Shown here in pieces: positions 44,405 through 54,349 of a stretch of 64,000 nt of DNA; position 1 is the first letter of the stretch, and every line of letters starts with the position of its first letter. The notes under the pieces are model-generated. The model searched no databases. It was given only the letters and a program-made list of their open reading frames with translations, and had not been told where the DNA came from. Made by a program: the position numbers and the translations under genes. The stretch is taken from contig JBBQFH010000007.1 of assembly GCA_038321865.1 (NCBI GenBank), forward strand, positions 32,001 to 96,000, read 5' to 3'. Origin of the DNA: Gemmatimonadales bacterium. GTDB taxonomy: Bacteria > Gemmatimonadota > Gemmatimonadetes > Gemmatimonadales > GWC2-71-9.

Positions 44405-45579
44405 TCGGTGCGCTGCTGGCCATCGCGGTTACCGCGGCGCCGCTTTCGGGCTCGTGGCGCGCGGTGCTGGATCTCGCCGGGGGAGAGCTTCGCTTTACGC
44501 TCAACGTAACGGCAGGCACCGACGCTTATGCCGGCCGCATCTGCAACGGTCGCGTCTGCACGGCGCTCTCGGGAATCCGCATCCGCGGCGACAGCGTCGC
44601 ACTGGAGATGGCGGACTACGCCGCCACGATCATCGGTATCCGGCGGGGTGACTCGCTGGTCGGCGTCTACCACAACGTGGGCAACCGCGGCCCTCGCACG
44701 ATCCCGTTCCGGGCCGCACGCGGACGCTGGCCGGTCCAGCGCGCCACGGCAGCCCTCACCGGCAGCTGGGATGCCACGTATGTGACCGACGGGCGCTCCA
44801 GCGCGCGGGTATTCATGTTCGCCAATGACGCCACCGGCTTCACCGGTGCCGTCGTGTCCAACACCGGCGACTACGGACATTTCTGGGGCCGCGCCGCCGC
44901 CGACAGCTTCGCCCTGGGGCATTTCGACGGCTCCTTCATCTACCTGCTGACCGGCCGGCTGGACGGCGACACGCTGCGGGGCGTGTTCCATGCCGGGCTC
45001 CGCACCGAGACTCCATTCACGGCCGTGCGCACTACCGGCCGGCCTCACCTGCGCAACCCAACCGACATGACCGCGGCGGACACCTCGACACCTTTCCGCT
45101 TCTCATTCCGGGATCTGTCCGGCCAGCTGGTCTCGAATTCCGACGCCCGCTTCCGCGGCAAGGTCGTGCTGCTCGACATTTTCGGCACCTGGTGCCCGAC
45201 CTGCCATGAGGCGGCGCCGGTGCTGGTCGACCTGTACCGTCGCTACCACGGGCGCGGCCTGGAAGTGGTCGGGCTGGCGTACGAAGTCACCGGCGACACG
45301 GCGGTCGACGCCCCCCTGGTCCGTCGGTTTCGGGACGGACTGGGCGTACCGTACCCGCTGCTGCTCGCGGGAACGAGTGACGTCCAGGCCGCGGCGGCCA
45401 CCCTGCCCCAGCTGCATGGATTCACCGCCTTTCCCACCTCGGTCTTCCTCGGCCGTGATGGGCGGGTCCGCCTGGTCTACGCCGGCTCGCTCGGGCCGGC
45501 GACCGGCGTGAAGCACGGGCAGCAGGTGGCCCAGTTCCGCGCCGAGATCGAGCGGCTGCTGGCCGAGCCCGCGCCGTGA
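44401..45579 (+). CDS. Exported TlpA-like thioredoxin-fold protein with N-terminal beta domain
   Basis: FRGKVVLLDIFGTWCPTC, AFPTSVFLGRDG. GTG at 44401 (GTGA overlap). Confidence 0.88.
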   Translation: MIGALLAIAVTAAPLSGSWRAVLDLAGGELRFTLNVTAGTDAYAGRICNGRVCTALSGIRIRGDSVALEMADYAATIIGIRRGDSLVGVYHNVGNRGPRTIPFRAARGRWPVQRATAALTGSWDATYVTDGRSSARVFMFANDATGFTGAVVSNTGDYGHFWGRAAADSFALGHFDGSFIYLLTGRLDGDTLRGVFHAGLRTETPFTAVRTTGRPHLRNPTDMTAADTSTPFRFSFRDLSGQLVSNSDARFRGKVVLLDIFGTWCPTCHEAAPVLVDLYRRYHGRGLEVVGLAYEVTGDTAVDAPLVRRFRDGLGVPYPLLLAGTSDVQAAAATLPQLHGFTAFPTSVFLGRDGRVRLVYAGSLGPATGVKHGQQVAQFRAEIERLLAEPAP

Positions 45580-46787
45580 GGCTGAGGGGAATCGCGTGTC
45601 TGGTGGCGGGACTGATTGCGCCGGCAGCCGCCCCGTCGGCAGCGGCCGGACAGCTGACTGCGCAACCTGGCGACGGCTGGACGCTCACGTTCGCGGGCAA
45701 CGTGAACGCCTTCGCCGTCTTCACCAACGGACGCGTGTCAGTGCCCGGAGTCATCGACGGCGGGCGGGTGCCCACGGAGCTGATCACGCGGATCCGGACG
45801 GGACTGCTCCCGGCGATCGCCGTCGCGGATGTGAAGACGCACGAGGGAACGGTGGACCTCGGCGCGCATTTTGGCGTCGGCGTGATGATCGGAAACGCGA
45901 GCATTCATGACAACGTGAGCAGCGGGACGCAGGCAGGGGCCCGGATCGATATGCGGCAGGCGTATCTCACGATCGGCGGACGCTGGGGGCAGGTGCTGGC
46001 CGGGCGCGAGCTCAGCCTCTACCAGCGGGAGAACATCCTCAACGACATGACCCTCTTCGGCACCGGCGCCAGCGGCGGCGGGCTGGGCGCCGCGGGGACG
46101 ACGCTTGGGCGCAGCGGCTTCGGCTACGTCTATCCGAGCTTCAATGCGCAGCTCACATACTCGTCGCCGGCCGCACGCCGCTACCAGATATCCGTGGGGC
46201 TGTTCGATCCCGACCGCATCATGGGCGACTTCGGTACGGACGGCGCCGCGCCGACCGCATTTCCCCGGGTGGAAACCGAGGTGACCTGGCGTGCGCCCGC
46301 GATGGGTGGCCAGCTGCGCCTCTGGCTCAGCGGCATGCGCCAGAGCGCCGCGGAGCGGATCACGGCAACAGGATTGGGCGGCGGTGTCCGCATCGACGCG
46401 GGCCTCCTCTCGCTCGTCACCTCGGGATATCTCGGGAAGGGCATCGGATCGACCTATGCCCTGAGCACCAATCTGGGTGTGGACGCGTCAGGAATGACGC
46501 GGAAGTCGTACGGCTACATCGCGCAGCTCACGGCGAACCGCTCCGGGGCGCCGTTCACCTTCGGCATCAGCTACGGGGCGAGTCTCCTCGATCAGACGCT
46601 GAACGACCTGGCGGCCTCCAACGATGCCCTCCTCAAGCGAAACAGCGCCGTCATCGCAATGACGATGTACCAGGCGACCGCGTCGCTGCGCCTGGTGGGT
46701 GAGTACACCCGGGCCGAAGCGCTGGCGCATTCGGGCGCCCGCAACCGGTCAGATCAGGTATCGACGGGGCTGCTCCTGTTCTTCTGA
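45576..46787 (+). CDS. Outer-membrane porin
   Basis: Signal peptide, amphipathic strands, RQAYLTIGGRWGQVLAG, terminal LLLFF. Confidence 0.8.
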   Translation: MRLRGIACLVAGLIAPAAAPSAAAGQLTAQPGDGWTLTFAGNVNAFAVFTNGRVSVPGVIDGGRVPTELITRIRTGLLPAIAVADVKTHEGTVDLGAHFGVGVMIGNASIHDNVSSGTQAGARIDMRQAYLTIGGRWGQVLAGRELSLYQRENILNDMTLFGTGASGGGLGAAGTTLGRSGFGYVYPSFNAQLTYSSPAARRYQISVGLFDPDRIMGDFGTDGAAPTAFPRVETEVTWRAPAMGGQLRLWLSGMRQSAAERITATGLGGGVRIDAGLLSLVTSGYLGKGIGSTYALSTNLGVDASGMTRKSYGYIAQLTANRSGAPFTFGISYGASLLDQTLNDLAASNDALLKRNSAVIAMTMYQATASLRLVGEYTRAEALAHSGARNRSDQVSTGLLLFF

Positions 46788-46881
46788 GCCGGCGCCGAAC
46801 CGGGTACCATCGCTCTCCGCCTCCCACTATTATTTGCGGGTTCGACACCGCTCACCCTCCCTCGCCCGAAGGAGCCACGCC

Positions 46882-47823
46882 TTGGCCGTGCCGCTGGTGC
46901 AGCTTTCCCGCGCGCCGCTGGCCCAGCCGACCGCATTGCCGGTGGCGGCGCCAGGACGCAAGCCCTTGTGGCTCAAGGTGAAGGCGCCCGGCGGGCCGAA
47001 CTATGCCCACCTCAAGTCCATGATGCGCGAGCTGGGCCTGCACACGGTGTGCGAGGAGGCGCGCTGCCCGAACATCGGCGAGTGCTGGGAGCACCGGGCC
47101 GCGACGTTCATGATCCTGGGCGACGTGTGCACCCGCAACTGCACGTACTGCGCGGTGTCCCACGGAACGCCGAAGGCCTTCGACCCGCTCGAGCCGCAGC
47201 ACCTGGCCGAGGCCGTCGCCCGGATGGGGCTCGAGCACGTGGTGATCACGTCGGTGGACCGGGATGACCTGCCGAACGGCGGCGCAGAAGCGTTCGCCGC
47301 CTGCATCACCGAGATCCGGAGCCGCCTGCCACGTACGTCGGTCGAGGTGCTGATTCCGGACTTCAAGGGATCGGAACGGGCGCTGGCGCTCGTCATGGAC
47401 GCCGGGCCGGACATCCTGAACCACAATCTGGAAACGACCGAGCGGCTGTACCGGCTGGCTCGACCCGGCGGACGCTATGGGCGCGCGCTGCAGCTGCTGG
47501 CCACCGCGCGCCGTCTGGGCGGGGCAGATGCGCTGACCAAGAGCGGCATCATTCTCGGCATGGGCGAGGAATGGGACGAGGTGCTTGTGTGCATGCGCGA
47601 CCTTCGCCGCAGCGACGTCAACATCCTGACGCTCGGCCAGTACCTCCGCCCGAGCGACGGGCACCTGCCCGTGGCCCGGTTCTACACGCCCGACGAGTTC
47701 GCCGAGCTTCGCGAGGCCGGCATGGCCATGGGATTCGCCCATGTGCAGGCGAGCCCGCTGACGCGCTCTTCCTATCACGCCTGGGAGCAGGTGGACCAGG
47801 CCAAGGCACACAGGAATTCCTGA
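46882..47823 (+). CDS. lipA: Lipoyl synthase
   Basis: RKPLWLK, CEEARCPNIGEC, CTRNCTYC, RSSY. TTG start at 46882 after AAGGAG. Confidence 0.96.
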   Translation: MAVPLVQLSRAPLAQPTALPVAAPGRKPLWLKVKAPGGPNYAHLKSMMRELGLHTVCEEARCPNIGECWEHRAATFMILGDVCTRNCTYCAVSHGTPKAFDPLEPQHLAEAVARMGLEHVVITSVDRDDLPNGGAEAFAACITEIRSRLPRTSVEVLIPDFKGSERALALVMDAGPDILNHNLETTERLYRLARPGGRYGRALQLLATARRLGGADALTKSGIILGMGEEWDEVLVCMRDLRRSDVNILTLGQYLRPSDGHLPVARFYTPDEFAELREAGMAMGFAHVQASPLTRSSYHAWEQVDQAKAHRNS

Positions 47824-48839
47824 TGGCTGGCACCGCAACCAAATCCGGCAGGAAGGCCACCGACGCCGCGATGGCCGAGCAGTACCGGCACTGGCTCCGC
47901 CAGATGCTGCTGATCCGCCGCTTCGAGGAGAAGACGGGCGAGGCCTACAGTCTCGGCAAGATCGGCGGGTTCTGTCATCTCTACATCGGGCAGGAAGCGG
48001 TCGCGGTGGGCACGATCGCGTCGCTCCGGCCGGACGACTACATCACCGCGTCCTACCGGGAGCATGGTCAGGCCCTGGTCCGCGGGATCAGCGCGCGAGC
48101 GGTGATGGCCGAACTGTTCGGCAAGGCAGCCGGGTGTTCGGGCGGAAAGGGAGGCTCAATGCACCTGTTCGATGCCTCGCTCGGCTTCCTCGGCGGACAC
48201 GGCATCGTCGGCGGTCACATTCCGCTCGCGACGGGAATGGCCTTCGCGGCGAAGTACCGGAATACCGACCAGGTGGCGATCTGCTACTTCGGCGAGGCCG
48301 CGGTCAACAACGGCGCCTTCCACGAGGCGCTCAACATGGCCGCCCTGTGGAAGCTCCCCGCCGTCTACATCTGCGAAAACAACCGCTACGGCATGGGCAC
48401 GGCCCTCGAACGGGCCAGCGCGATCTACGATATCTCCGAGCGCGCCTGCTCCTACGACATGGCGAACGAGGTGGTGGACGGCCAGGACGTACTCGCGGTG
48501 CATGCCGCGATGGAGCGGGCGGTGCAGCGGGCGCGCGAGGAAAAGCTTCCCACGCTGCTCGAGGTGCGGACCTACCGCTTCATGGGCCACTCGATGAGCG
48601 ATCCGATTCATGGCCACTACCGCACCAAGGAAGAAGTCGAGGAACAGCGGAAGCGCGACCCGATCGCCGTCTGGTCCCAGAAGCTGATCGCCGACGGCAT
48701 CATGACGGAGGAAGACGTCAAGGCGCTGGATACGAGCGTGATGGAGGAAGTCGAGGACGCGTACAAGTTCGCGGAGGAGGCGCCCGATCCGGCACCCGAT
48801 GCCCTCTTCCGCGACGTCTACGCGCCGGAGGTTGGCTGA
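47823..48839 (+). CDS. pdhA: Pyruvate dehydrogenase E1 alpha
   Basis: IGGFCHLYIGQEA, GKGGSMH, GEAAVNNG, TYRFMGHSMSD. Confidence 0.95.
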   Translation: MAGTATKSGRKATDAAMAEQYRHWLRQMLLIRRFEEKTGEAYSLGKIGGFCHLYIGQEAVAVGTIASLRPDDYITASYREHGQALVRGISARAVMAELFGKAAGCSGGKGGSMHLFDASLGFLGGHGIVGGHIPLATGMAFAAKYRNTDQVAICYFGEAAVNNGAFHEALNMAALWKLPAVYICENNRYGMGTALERASAIYDISERACSYDMANEVVDGQDVLAVHAAMERAVQRAREEKLPTLLEVRTYRFMGHSMSDPIHGHYRTKEEVEEQRKRDPIAVWSQKLIADGIMTEEDVKALDTSVMEEVEDAYKFAEEAPDPAPDALFRDVYAPEVG

Positions 48840-49819
48840 TGGCGACCCTCACCTACCGCGACGCGCTGAACCAGGCGCTCCGTGAAGAGATGCACCTGGA
48901 CGACCGCGTGTTCCTCATGGGTGAGGAGGTCGGGGTCTACCAGGGCGCGTACAAGGTCAGCCGCGGCCTCCTGGAGGAGTTCGGCGCGATGCGCGTCGTG
49001 GATACACCGATCACCGAGCTGGGCTTCGCCGGGGTCGGTGTCGGCGCGGCGATGGTCGGGCTGCGCCCCGTGATCGAGATGATGACGTTCAATTTCGCGC
49101 TGCTGGCGATCGATCAGATCGTCAACTCGGCCGCCAAGATGCGCTACATGTCGAACGGCCAGGTCGGCGTGCCGCTCGTGGTGCGCGGCCCCGGTGGCGC
49201 CGCACTCCAGCTCGGCGCACAGCATTCGCAGGCTTTCGAAAGCTGGTACGCCCACATTCCCGGCCTCAAGGTGGTCATGCCGGCCACGCCGGCGGACGCA
49301 AAGGGGCTGCTCAAGAGCGCCATCCGGGATGACAACCCCGTGATCTTCATCGAAGGCGAGATGCTGTACAACATGAAGGGCGAGGTGCCCGACGGCGAGT
49401 ACACGATTCCGCTGGGAGTGGCGGACGTGAAGCGGGAGGGCGCGGACGTGACGATCGTGTGCCATTCGAAGACGGTCTCCGTCGCGCTCAAGGCAGCTGA
49501 ACAGCTGGCCGCGGACGGGATCAACGCCGAAGTCGTGGATCTCCGCACCATCCGCCCCCTCGACAGCGCGACAGTGCTCGCGTCGGTTGCGAAGACCCAC
49601 CGCTGTGTCGTCGTTGAGGAGGGCTGGGGATTCGCGGGCGTCGGGGCGCAGGTCGTGGATACGATTCAGCGCGAAATCTTCGACGACCTCGATGCGCCGG
49701 TCATCCGGGTGACGGGCGCCGAGGTGCCGATGCCGTACAACAAGCAGCTCGAGAAGCTGGCCAAGGCCGACCCGGCCAAGGTGATCGCTGCCGTCAGGAA
49801 GGTGCTGTATGTCGACTAA
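48839..49819 (+). CDS. pdhB: Pyruvate dehydrogenase E1 beta
   Basis: GEEVGVYQGAYKVS, DTPITE, GAQHSQ, DLRTIRPLD. Confidence 0.95.
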   Translation: MATLTYRDALNQALREEMHLDDRVFLMGEEVGVYQGAYKVSRGLLEEFGAMRVVDTPITELGFAGVGVGAAMVGLRPVIEMMTFNFALLAIDQIVNSAAKMRYMSNGQVGVPLVVRGPGGAALQLGAQHSQAFESWYAHIPGLKVVMPATPADAKGLLKSAIRDDNPVIFIEGEMLYNMKGEVPDGEYTIPLGVADVKREGADVTIVCHSKTVSVALKAAEQLAADGINAEVVDLRTIRPLDSATVLASVAKTHRCVVVEEGWGFAGVGAQVVDTIQREIFDDLDAPVIRVTGAEVPMPYNKQLEKLAKADPAKVIAAVRKVLYVD

Positions 49820-51083
49820 GGTCGTGATGGAGGCGCTCTCCCCGACGATGGAGGAGGGACGCCTCGTCGAGTGGAAGAAGAACGAGGGCGACGCGGTCGC
49901 CGTCGGCGATGTCCTGGCCGAGGTGGAGACGGACAAGGCCGTCATGGAGCTGGTCGCTCGGGCTGCCGGCACCCTGCTCAAGCACGTGGTGGCGGCGGGC
50001 GCGACCGTTCCGGTGTCCGATCCGGTCGCCTTCATCGGCGAGCCCGGGGAGGCCATCGACGCGGGGCCGTCCGGCAGCAACGGGGCCCAGCCGGTCGCGG
50101 CCCCCCCAGCGGAAGCGCCCCAGGCGCCCGCCGCGGCGGAACCATCCGCTCCAGCGGCTCCAGCGGCTCCGGCCGCTGCCGAGCCGGCCCCGGCCGCCTC
50201 GACCCCTGCCGTCGTGAGCGAAGGCGCGCGCGTGAAGGCCTCACCGCTGGCGCGAAAGATCGCCGCCGACCGCGGGCTCGATCTCAAGGGCGTGGCGGGC
50301 AGCGGGCCGCAGGGACGGATCGTCCAGCGCGACCTGGCCAGCATCGTGGCCGTGGAGGCGCCGCCGGTGCAGGTGCCGGTCTTCCGGCCGGTCGCGAGCG
50401 GCGAGCCCTTCGGCGATGTGCCGCTCACGCAGATCCGGAAAACGATCGCGAAGCGGCTGGCGCAGTCGCTCGGCCCGGTGCCGACGTTCTACCTCACGAT
50501 CGAGGTGGACATGGAGCGGGTCGCCGAGGCACGCGAGGCGCTCAACGGGCTGGGCGAGGGCAAGGTGTCGTTCAACGACATCACCGTGAAGGCCGTCGCG
50601 CTGGCGCTGAAGCAGCACCCCGCGTGCAACGCCTGGTGGCAGGATGACCACATCCGGTACTGGAACGACATTCACGTCAGCATGGCGGTTGCGATCGAGG
50701 ACGGGCTGATCACGCCGGTCATTCGCTACGCCGACCAGAAATCGCTGCGGCAGATCGCCACGGAGTCGAAGGACCTGGCCACCCGCGCACGGGCCCGCCG
50801 GCTCAAGCCCGAGGAGTACACGGGCGGCACATTCTCCGTGTCGAATCTGGGCATGCTCGACATCGAGGAGTTCACGGCAATCATCAACCCCCCCGAGGCG
50901 GGCATCATCGCCATCGGACGGATCGCCGAGAAGCCGGTGGTGCACGAGGGTGCGCTGGCGATCCGGAAGCGGATGCGGCTCACCATGTCATGCGATCATC
51001 GCGTCATCGACGGCGCCACCGGCGCCCAGTTTCTGAAGACGCTGAAGGGGATGCTGGAGAATCCGCTGGCGCTGGTCTGGTAG
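49809..51083 (+). CDS. pdhC: Dihydrolipoamide acetyltransferase E2 (one lipoyl domain)
   Basis: LSPTMEEG, EVETDKA, ASPLARK, SNLGM, DHRVIDGA. Confidence 0.95.
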   Translation: MSTKVVMEALSPTMEEGRLVEWKKNEGDAVAVGDVLAEVETDKAVMELVARAAGTLLKHVVAAGATVPVSDPVAFIGEPGEAIDAGPSGSNGAQPVAAPPAEAPQAPAAAEPSAPAAPAAPAAAEPAPAASTPAVVSEGARVKASPLARKIAADRGLDLKGVAGSGPQGRIVQRDLASIVAVEAPPVQVPVFRPVASGEPFGDVPLTQIRKTIAKRLAQSLGPVPTFYLTIEVDMERVAEAREALNGLGEGKVSFNDITVKAVALALKQHPACNAWWQDDHIRYWNDIHVSMAVAIEDGLITPVIRYADQKSLRQIATESKDLATRARARRLKPEEYTGGTFSVSNLGMLDIEEFTAIINPPEAGIIAIGRIAEKPVVHEGALAIRKRMRLTMSCDHRVIDGATGAQFLKTLKGMLENPLALVW

Positions 51084-51113
51084 CGGCCGGCACCACACTC
51101 ATCCGAGGAAAAC

Positions 51114-52511
51114 GTGGCGAACAGTTTCGACGTGATCGTGTTGGGCGGCGGACCGGCCGGGTACGTGTGCGCGATCCGCGCCGCGCAGCTGGGCCTGTCG
51201 ACGGCTGTGGTTGAGCGCGACAAGCTCGGCGGTGTCTGCGTGAACATCGGCTGCATTCCGACCAAGGCGCTGCTGCACAGCGCCTACGTCGCCAATCTCC
51301 TGGCGCACGACGCGAAGGAGCTGGGCATCGAAACCGGACCGGTAAAAACCGACTACGGCGTCGCCATGAAGCGATCGCGGAAGGTGGCCGAGCAGAATTC
51401 GAAGGGCGTCGAGTTCCTCATGAAGAAGCACAAGATCACCGTGCTGCGCGGCACCGGCGTCCTGCAGGCCGGCCGCAAGGTCAAGGTCGGTGCCGACGTC
51501 TACCAGGCCACCAAGGGCCTGGTCATCGCGACGGGCTCGCGTGTGCGGGGGATTCCGCAGATCGGCCTCGAGATCAACAAGACCAGCGTGATCAGCTCCG
51601 ACGAGGCCTTGTTCCTCGAGAAGGTGCCGACCTCCATGGTCATCGTCGGCGCCGGCGCCGTCGGCTGTGAATTCGCGGACATCTTCAACGCCTTCGGCTG
51701 CAAGGTGACGCTGGTGGAGGCCCTCCCGCGCATCCTGCCGCTGGAGGACGCCGAGAGCTCCGATGTCATCACCAAGAGCTACCGGAAACGCGGCATCACC
51801 GTGCTCGCCGGGGCCAAGGTGAAGAAGGCCACCGTGACGCCCGACAAGGTCACGCTCGAGATCGAGGCCGGCGGCAAGACGGAGACGGTGGAGGCTGAGC
51901 GGGTACTGATGGCCGCGGGCCGCTCGGTCAATACCGAGAGCATGGGCTTCAAGGAAGCCGGTGTGGAGCTGACGGACCGCGGCTTCGTCAAGGTGAGCCT
52001 GTCGACGCTCGAGACCACCGCCAAGGGGGTGTACGGCATTGGTGACGTGGCGGGACCGCCGATGCTGGCCCACAAGGGAAGTCGGGAGGGCGTCGTGGTG
52101 GCGGAGATCATCGCGGGCCACCATCCCCAGCCGATCAAGTACGACAACGTGCCCAGCGTGACGTACTGCCATCCTGAGGTGGCCAGCATCGGGCTGACCG
52201 AAGAGCAGTGCAAGGAGAAGAAGCTGGACTACCAGGTTGGTCGGTTCCCGTTCAGCGCCAACGGCCGCGCGCGGGCCTCGAACGAGACCGAGGGCCTGGT
52301 CAAGATCATCCGGGGCAAGCAGTACGGCGAGATTCTCGGGGCGCACATCGTCGCGAGCCACGCGTCGGAGATGATCCATGAGCTGGCCGTCGCACGGGAG
52401 AACGAGTTCACCGTGGAGGAGGTGGATCTCGCGATCCATGCCCATCCCACGCTCTCCGAAGCCATCGCCGAAGCCTGCCTCGATTCGATGGGCCGGGTGA
52501 TTAACATCTAG
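51114..52511 (+). CDS. lpdA: Dihydrolipoamide dehydrogenase E3
   Basis: GGGPAGY, GGVCVNIGCIPTK, HAHPTLSE. Confidence 0.97.
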   Translation: MANSFDVIVLGGGPAGYVCAIRAAQLGLSTAVVERDKLGGVCVNIGCIPTKALLHSAYVANLLAHDAKELGIETGPVKTDYGVAMKRSRKVAEQNSKGVEFLMKKHKITVLRGTGVLQAGRKVKVGADVYQATKGLVIATGSRVRGIPQIGLEINKTSVISSDEALFLEKVPTSMVIVGAGAVGCEFADIFNAFGCKVTLVEALPRILPLEDAESSDVITKSYRKRGITVLAGAKVKKATVTPDKVTLEIEAGGKTETVEAERVLMAAGRSVNTESMGFKEAGVELTDRGFVKVSLSTLETTAKGVYGIGDVAGPPMLAHKGSREGVVVAEIIAGHHPQPIKYDNVPSVTYCHPEVASIGLTEEQCKEKKLDYQVGRFPFSANGRARASNETEGLVKIIRGKQYGEILGAHIVASHASEMIHELAVARENEFTVEEVDLAIHAHPTLSEAIAEACLDSMGRVINI

Positions 52512-52964
52512 GTGACCGCTCCTCCCCCGCGCTCCGATATTCCCGGCCTGGCCGACCCGCTCGGGCTCATCGCCGCCGCGGTCCCGCTAGGGATCCTGGC
52601 CGGGACCCTCATCGTCACGGCGACAGTGTTCGCCGTGACGATTTTGCGCGAGGGCATCGCGGCGACCGCACCGTCGCCGCAACTCCAGTCGTCCCCTGTG
52701 CTCTACGTCCTGCTTGGCGGCACCTTTGCGGGTGTGGTACTTGCCGCGGCGACTACCTGGAGCGCCCTCTCCCCAGTCGAGAACACCTATCGCCGTGGCA
52801 TGTTCGCCACTGTAAGCGGGTTTGCCACGGTGGTGGTGATGCTCGTCGCGACGCCGGTCCACGCGCTCCTCGGGCGCCCCGGTCTCGCCGGGCTCGCCGG
52901 GCTCTGCCTCGTGGGGGTGATCGTGCTCGCGCGCAGGCTGCGCCGCATCCGCGCCGGCCGGTGA
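52512..52964 (+). CDS. Hypothetical 4-TM membrane protein
   Basis: Four hydrophobic segments; abuts the lpdA stop. Confidence 0.7.
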   Translation: MTAPPPRSDIPGLADPLGLIAAAVPLGILAGTLIVTATVFAVTILREGIAATAPSPQLQSSPVLYVLLGGTFAGVVLAAATTWSALSPVENTYRRGMFATVSGFATVVVMLVATPVHALLGRPGLAGLAGLCLVGVIVLARRLRRIRAGR

Positions 52965-53131
52965 ACGCACCCATCCGTGTGGTCGATCTCGGCCGGCGCG
53001 GCTATGCCGACACGCTGGAGCTGCAGCGATCCCTCTGTCGGCGGCGCATCTCCCGCGACTCGCCGACGACATTCGATCGGGAGCCCATGCCCAGGACCCT
53101 CGAGCCGGAGATGGCGCAGTGCAGCGCGTAG
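52961..53131 (+). pseudogene. lipB: Internally deleted octanoyltransferase remnant (56-aa ORF)
   Basis: Translates MNAPIRVVDLGRRGYADTLELQRSLCRRRIS..., a LipB-like N-terminus, with LADDI in a shifted frame. It then joins directly to FDREP...; the catalytic core is absent. Confidence 0.7.
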
Positions 53132-53751
53132 ATATCCGCTCAGCCGATCATCGGCTGCCGCCCGGCCAGGTCGAGACCCGCAAATGGCCCGTGCTCCACT
53201 ACGGCCTGATTCCGGCGGTTGACACGGCCAACTGGCGTTTTGAGGTCCGCGGCGCCGTGGCGCGGCCGTATTCGCTCGACTGGAGCGAGCTGCTTGCCCT
53301 GCCGCGCCAGGAGACCACGTGCGATATCCACTGCGTCACGCGCTGGAGCCGGTTCGACAATCGATTCGCCGGGGTGCCGGTGCGCACGCTGCTCGAACGC
53401 GCAGGGGTTGATCCCGCGGCGCGGTATGTGCTGGTCCACGCCGAGCATGGATTCACCACCAACCTGCCGCTGGCCGACCTCGATCAACCGGCCAATCTGC
53501 TCGCGCTGAGTCACAACGGCGAGGATCTGACGCCGGAGCACGGTGGTCCCGTCCGACTGCTCGTGCCGCAGCTGTACTTCTGGAAAAGTGCGAAATGGGT
53601 GCGGGGCTTCGAGCTGCTGGAGGACGACTACCCCGGATTCTGGGAGCAGAACGGTTATCACATGCGCGGCGACCCCGGGGCCGAGGAACGCTACAGCCGG
53701 CCGGACCCCGCGCGCATGCGGCGCGGAGGGCGCGCGCCGGATACCTCGTAA
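53119..53751 (+). CDS. Sulfite-oxidase-like molybdopterin oxidoreductase (no signal peptide)
   Basis: RLPPGQ, DIHCVTRWS, PEHGGPVRL, YFWKSAKW, GFWEQNGYH. Confidence 0.92.
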   Translation: MQRVDIRSADHRLPPGQVETRKWPVLHYGLIPAVDTANWRFEVRGAVARPYSLDWSELLALPRQETTCDIHCVTRWSRFDNRFAGVPVRTLLERAGVDPAARYVLVHAEHGFTTNLPLADLDQPANLLALSHNGEDLTPEHGGPVRLLVPQLYFWKSAKWVRGFELLEDDYPGFWEQNGYHMRGDPGAEERYSRPDPARMRRGGRAPDTS

Positions 53752-53794
53752 AATTGCGGTTGCCTTTGGACTCCGTATCTGCAATCATCCGTAC

Positions 53795-54349
53795 ATGTCG
53801 GATGAAGCACGAAAGTCGACCCCAGAGGAGCAGGCGGCGCAGCGGATCGGGGAGATCCTCCGCGCCGCATCGAGCTGGTCGCGAGAGGCCCCGGAAGCGC
53901 TGGAGCCGGCCATTCGCGCGGTCTGCATCCGGCTGGCCGAGATGGTGGCGGACCAGCGGCACTACCTGTCGCCGCTGCCGGAGCCGCAGGAGTCCGAGCG
54001 CCGGAAGATCCTGGGACTGATCGCGGATCGGCTCCGCTCGCCCGGCGTTACCGAGGGCCTGCAGGACCATCTCAAGGCGCTGGAGGAGCTCGAGCTCCGC
54101 TCCACCGGGTCATGGGCGGTGGTCGCCTCGGCCCAGAGTGAGTGGATCACGGTCGCGATCAGCTACCTCGAGGGTTGCGCGCGGGCGCTGCCGGCGGGGG
54201 AGCGGCCCGATCCCTACTGGGCCGATGACGTCGTGGCCGGGGTGATCGCCTCGGCGCGGGCACTCATCGGAATCGACGAACTCCACGCGCGCACCGAGGC
54301 GCGCTACTCGGGCGGCGTGCCGCGACCGGCACTTCCGCCCGAGGATTAG
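53795..54349 (+). CDS. Hypothetical helical protein
   Basis: 184-aa ORF from ATG 53795 filling the gap; no recognised motif. Confidence 0.6.
   Translation: MSDEARKSTPEEQAAQRIGEILRAASSWSREAPEALEPAIRAVCIRLAEMVADQRHYLSPLPEPQESERRKILGLIADRLRSPGVTEGLQDHLKALEELELRSTGSWAVVASAQSEWITVAISYLEGCARALPAGERPDPYWADDVVAGVIASARALIGIDELHARTEARYSGGVPRPALPPED

Noticed and set aside
50090..50210. Short tandem repeats (GCTCCAGCG-like)
   Set aside because: They encode the ordinary Ala/Pro linker of PDH E2.
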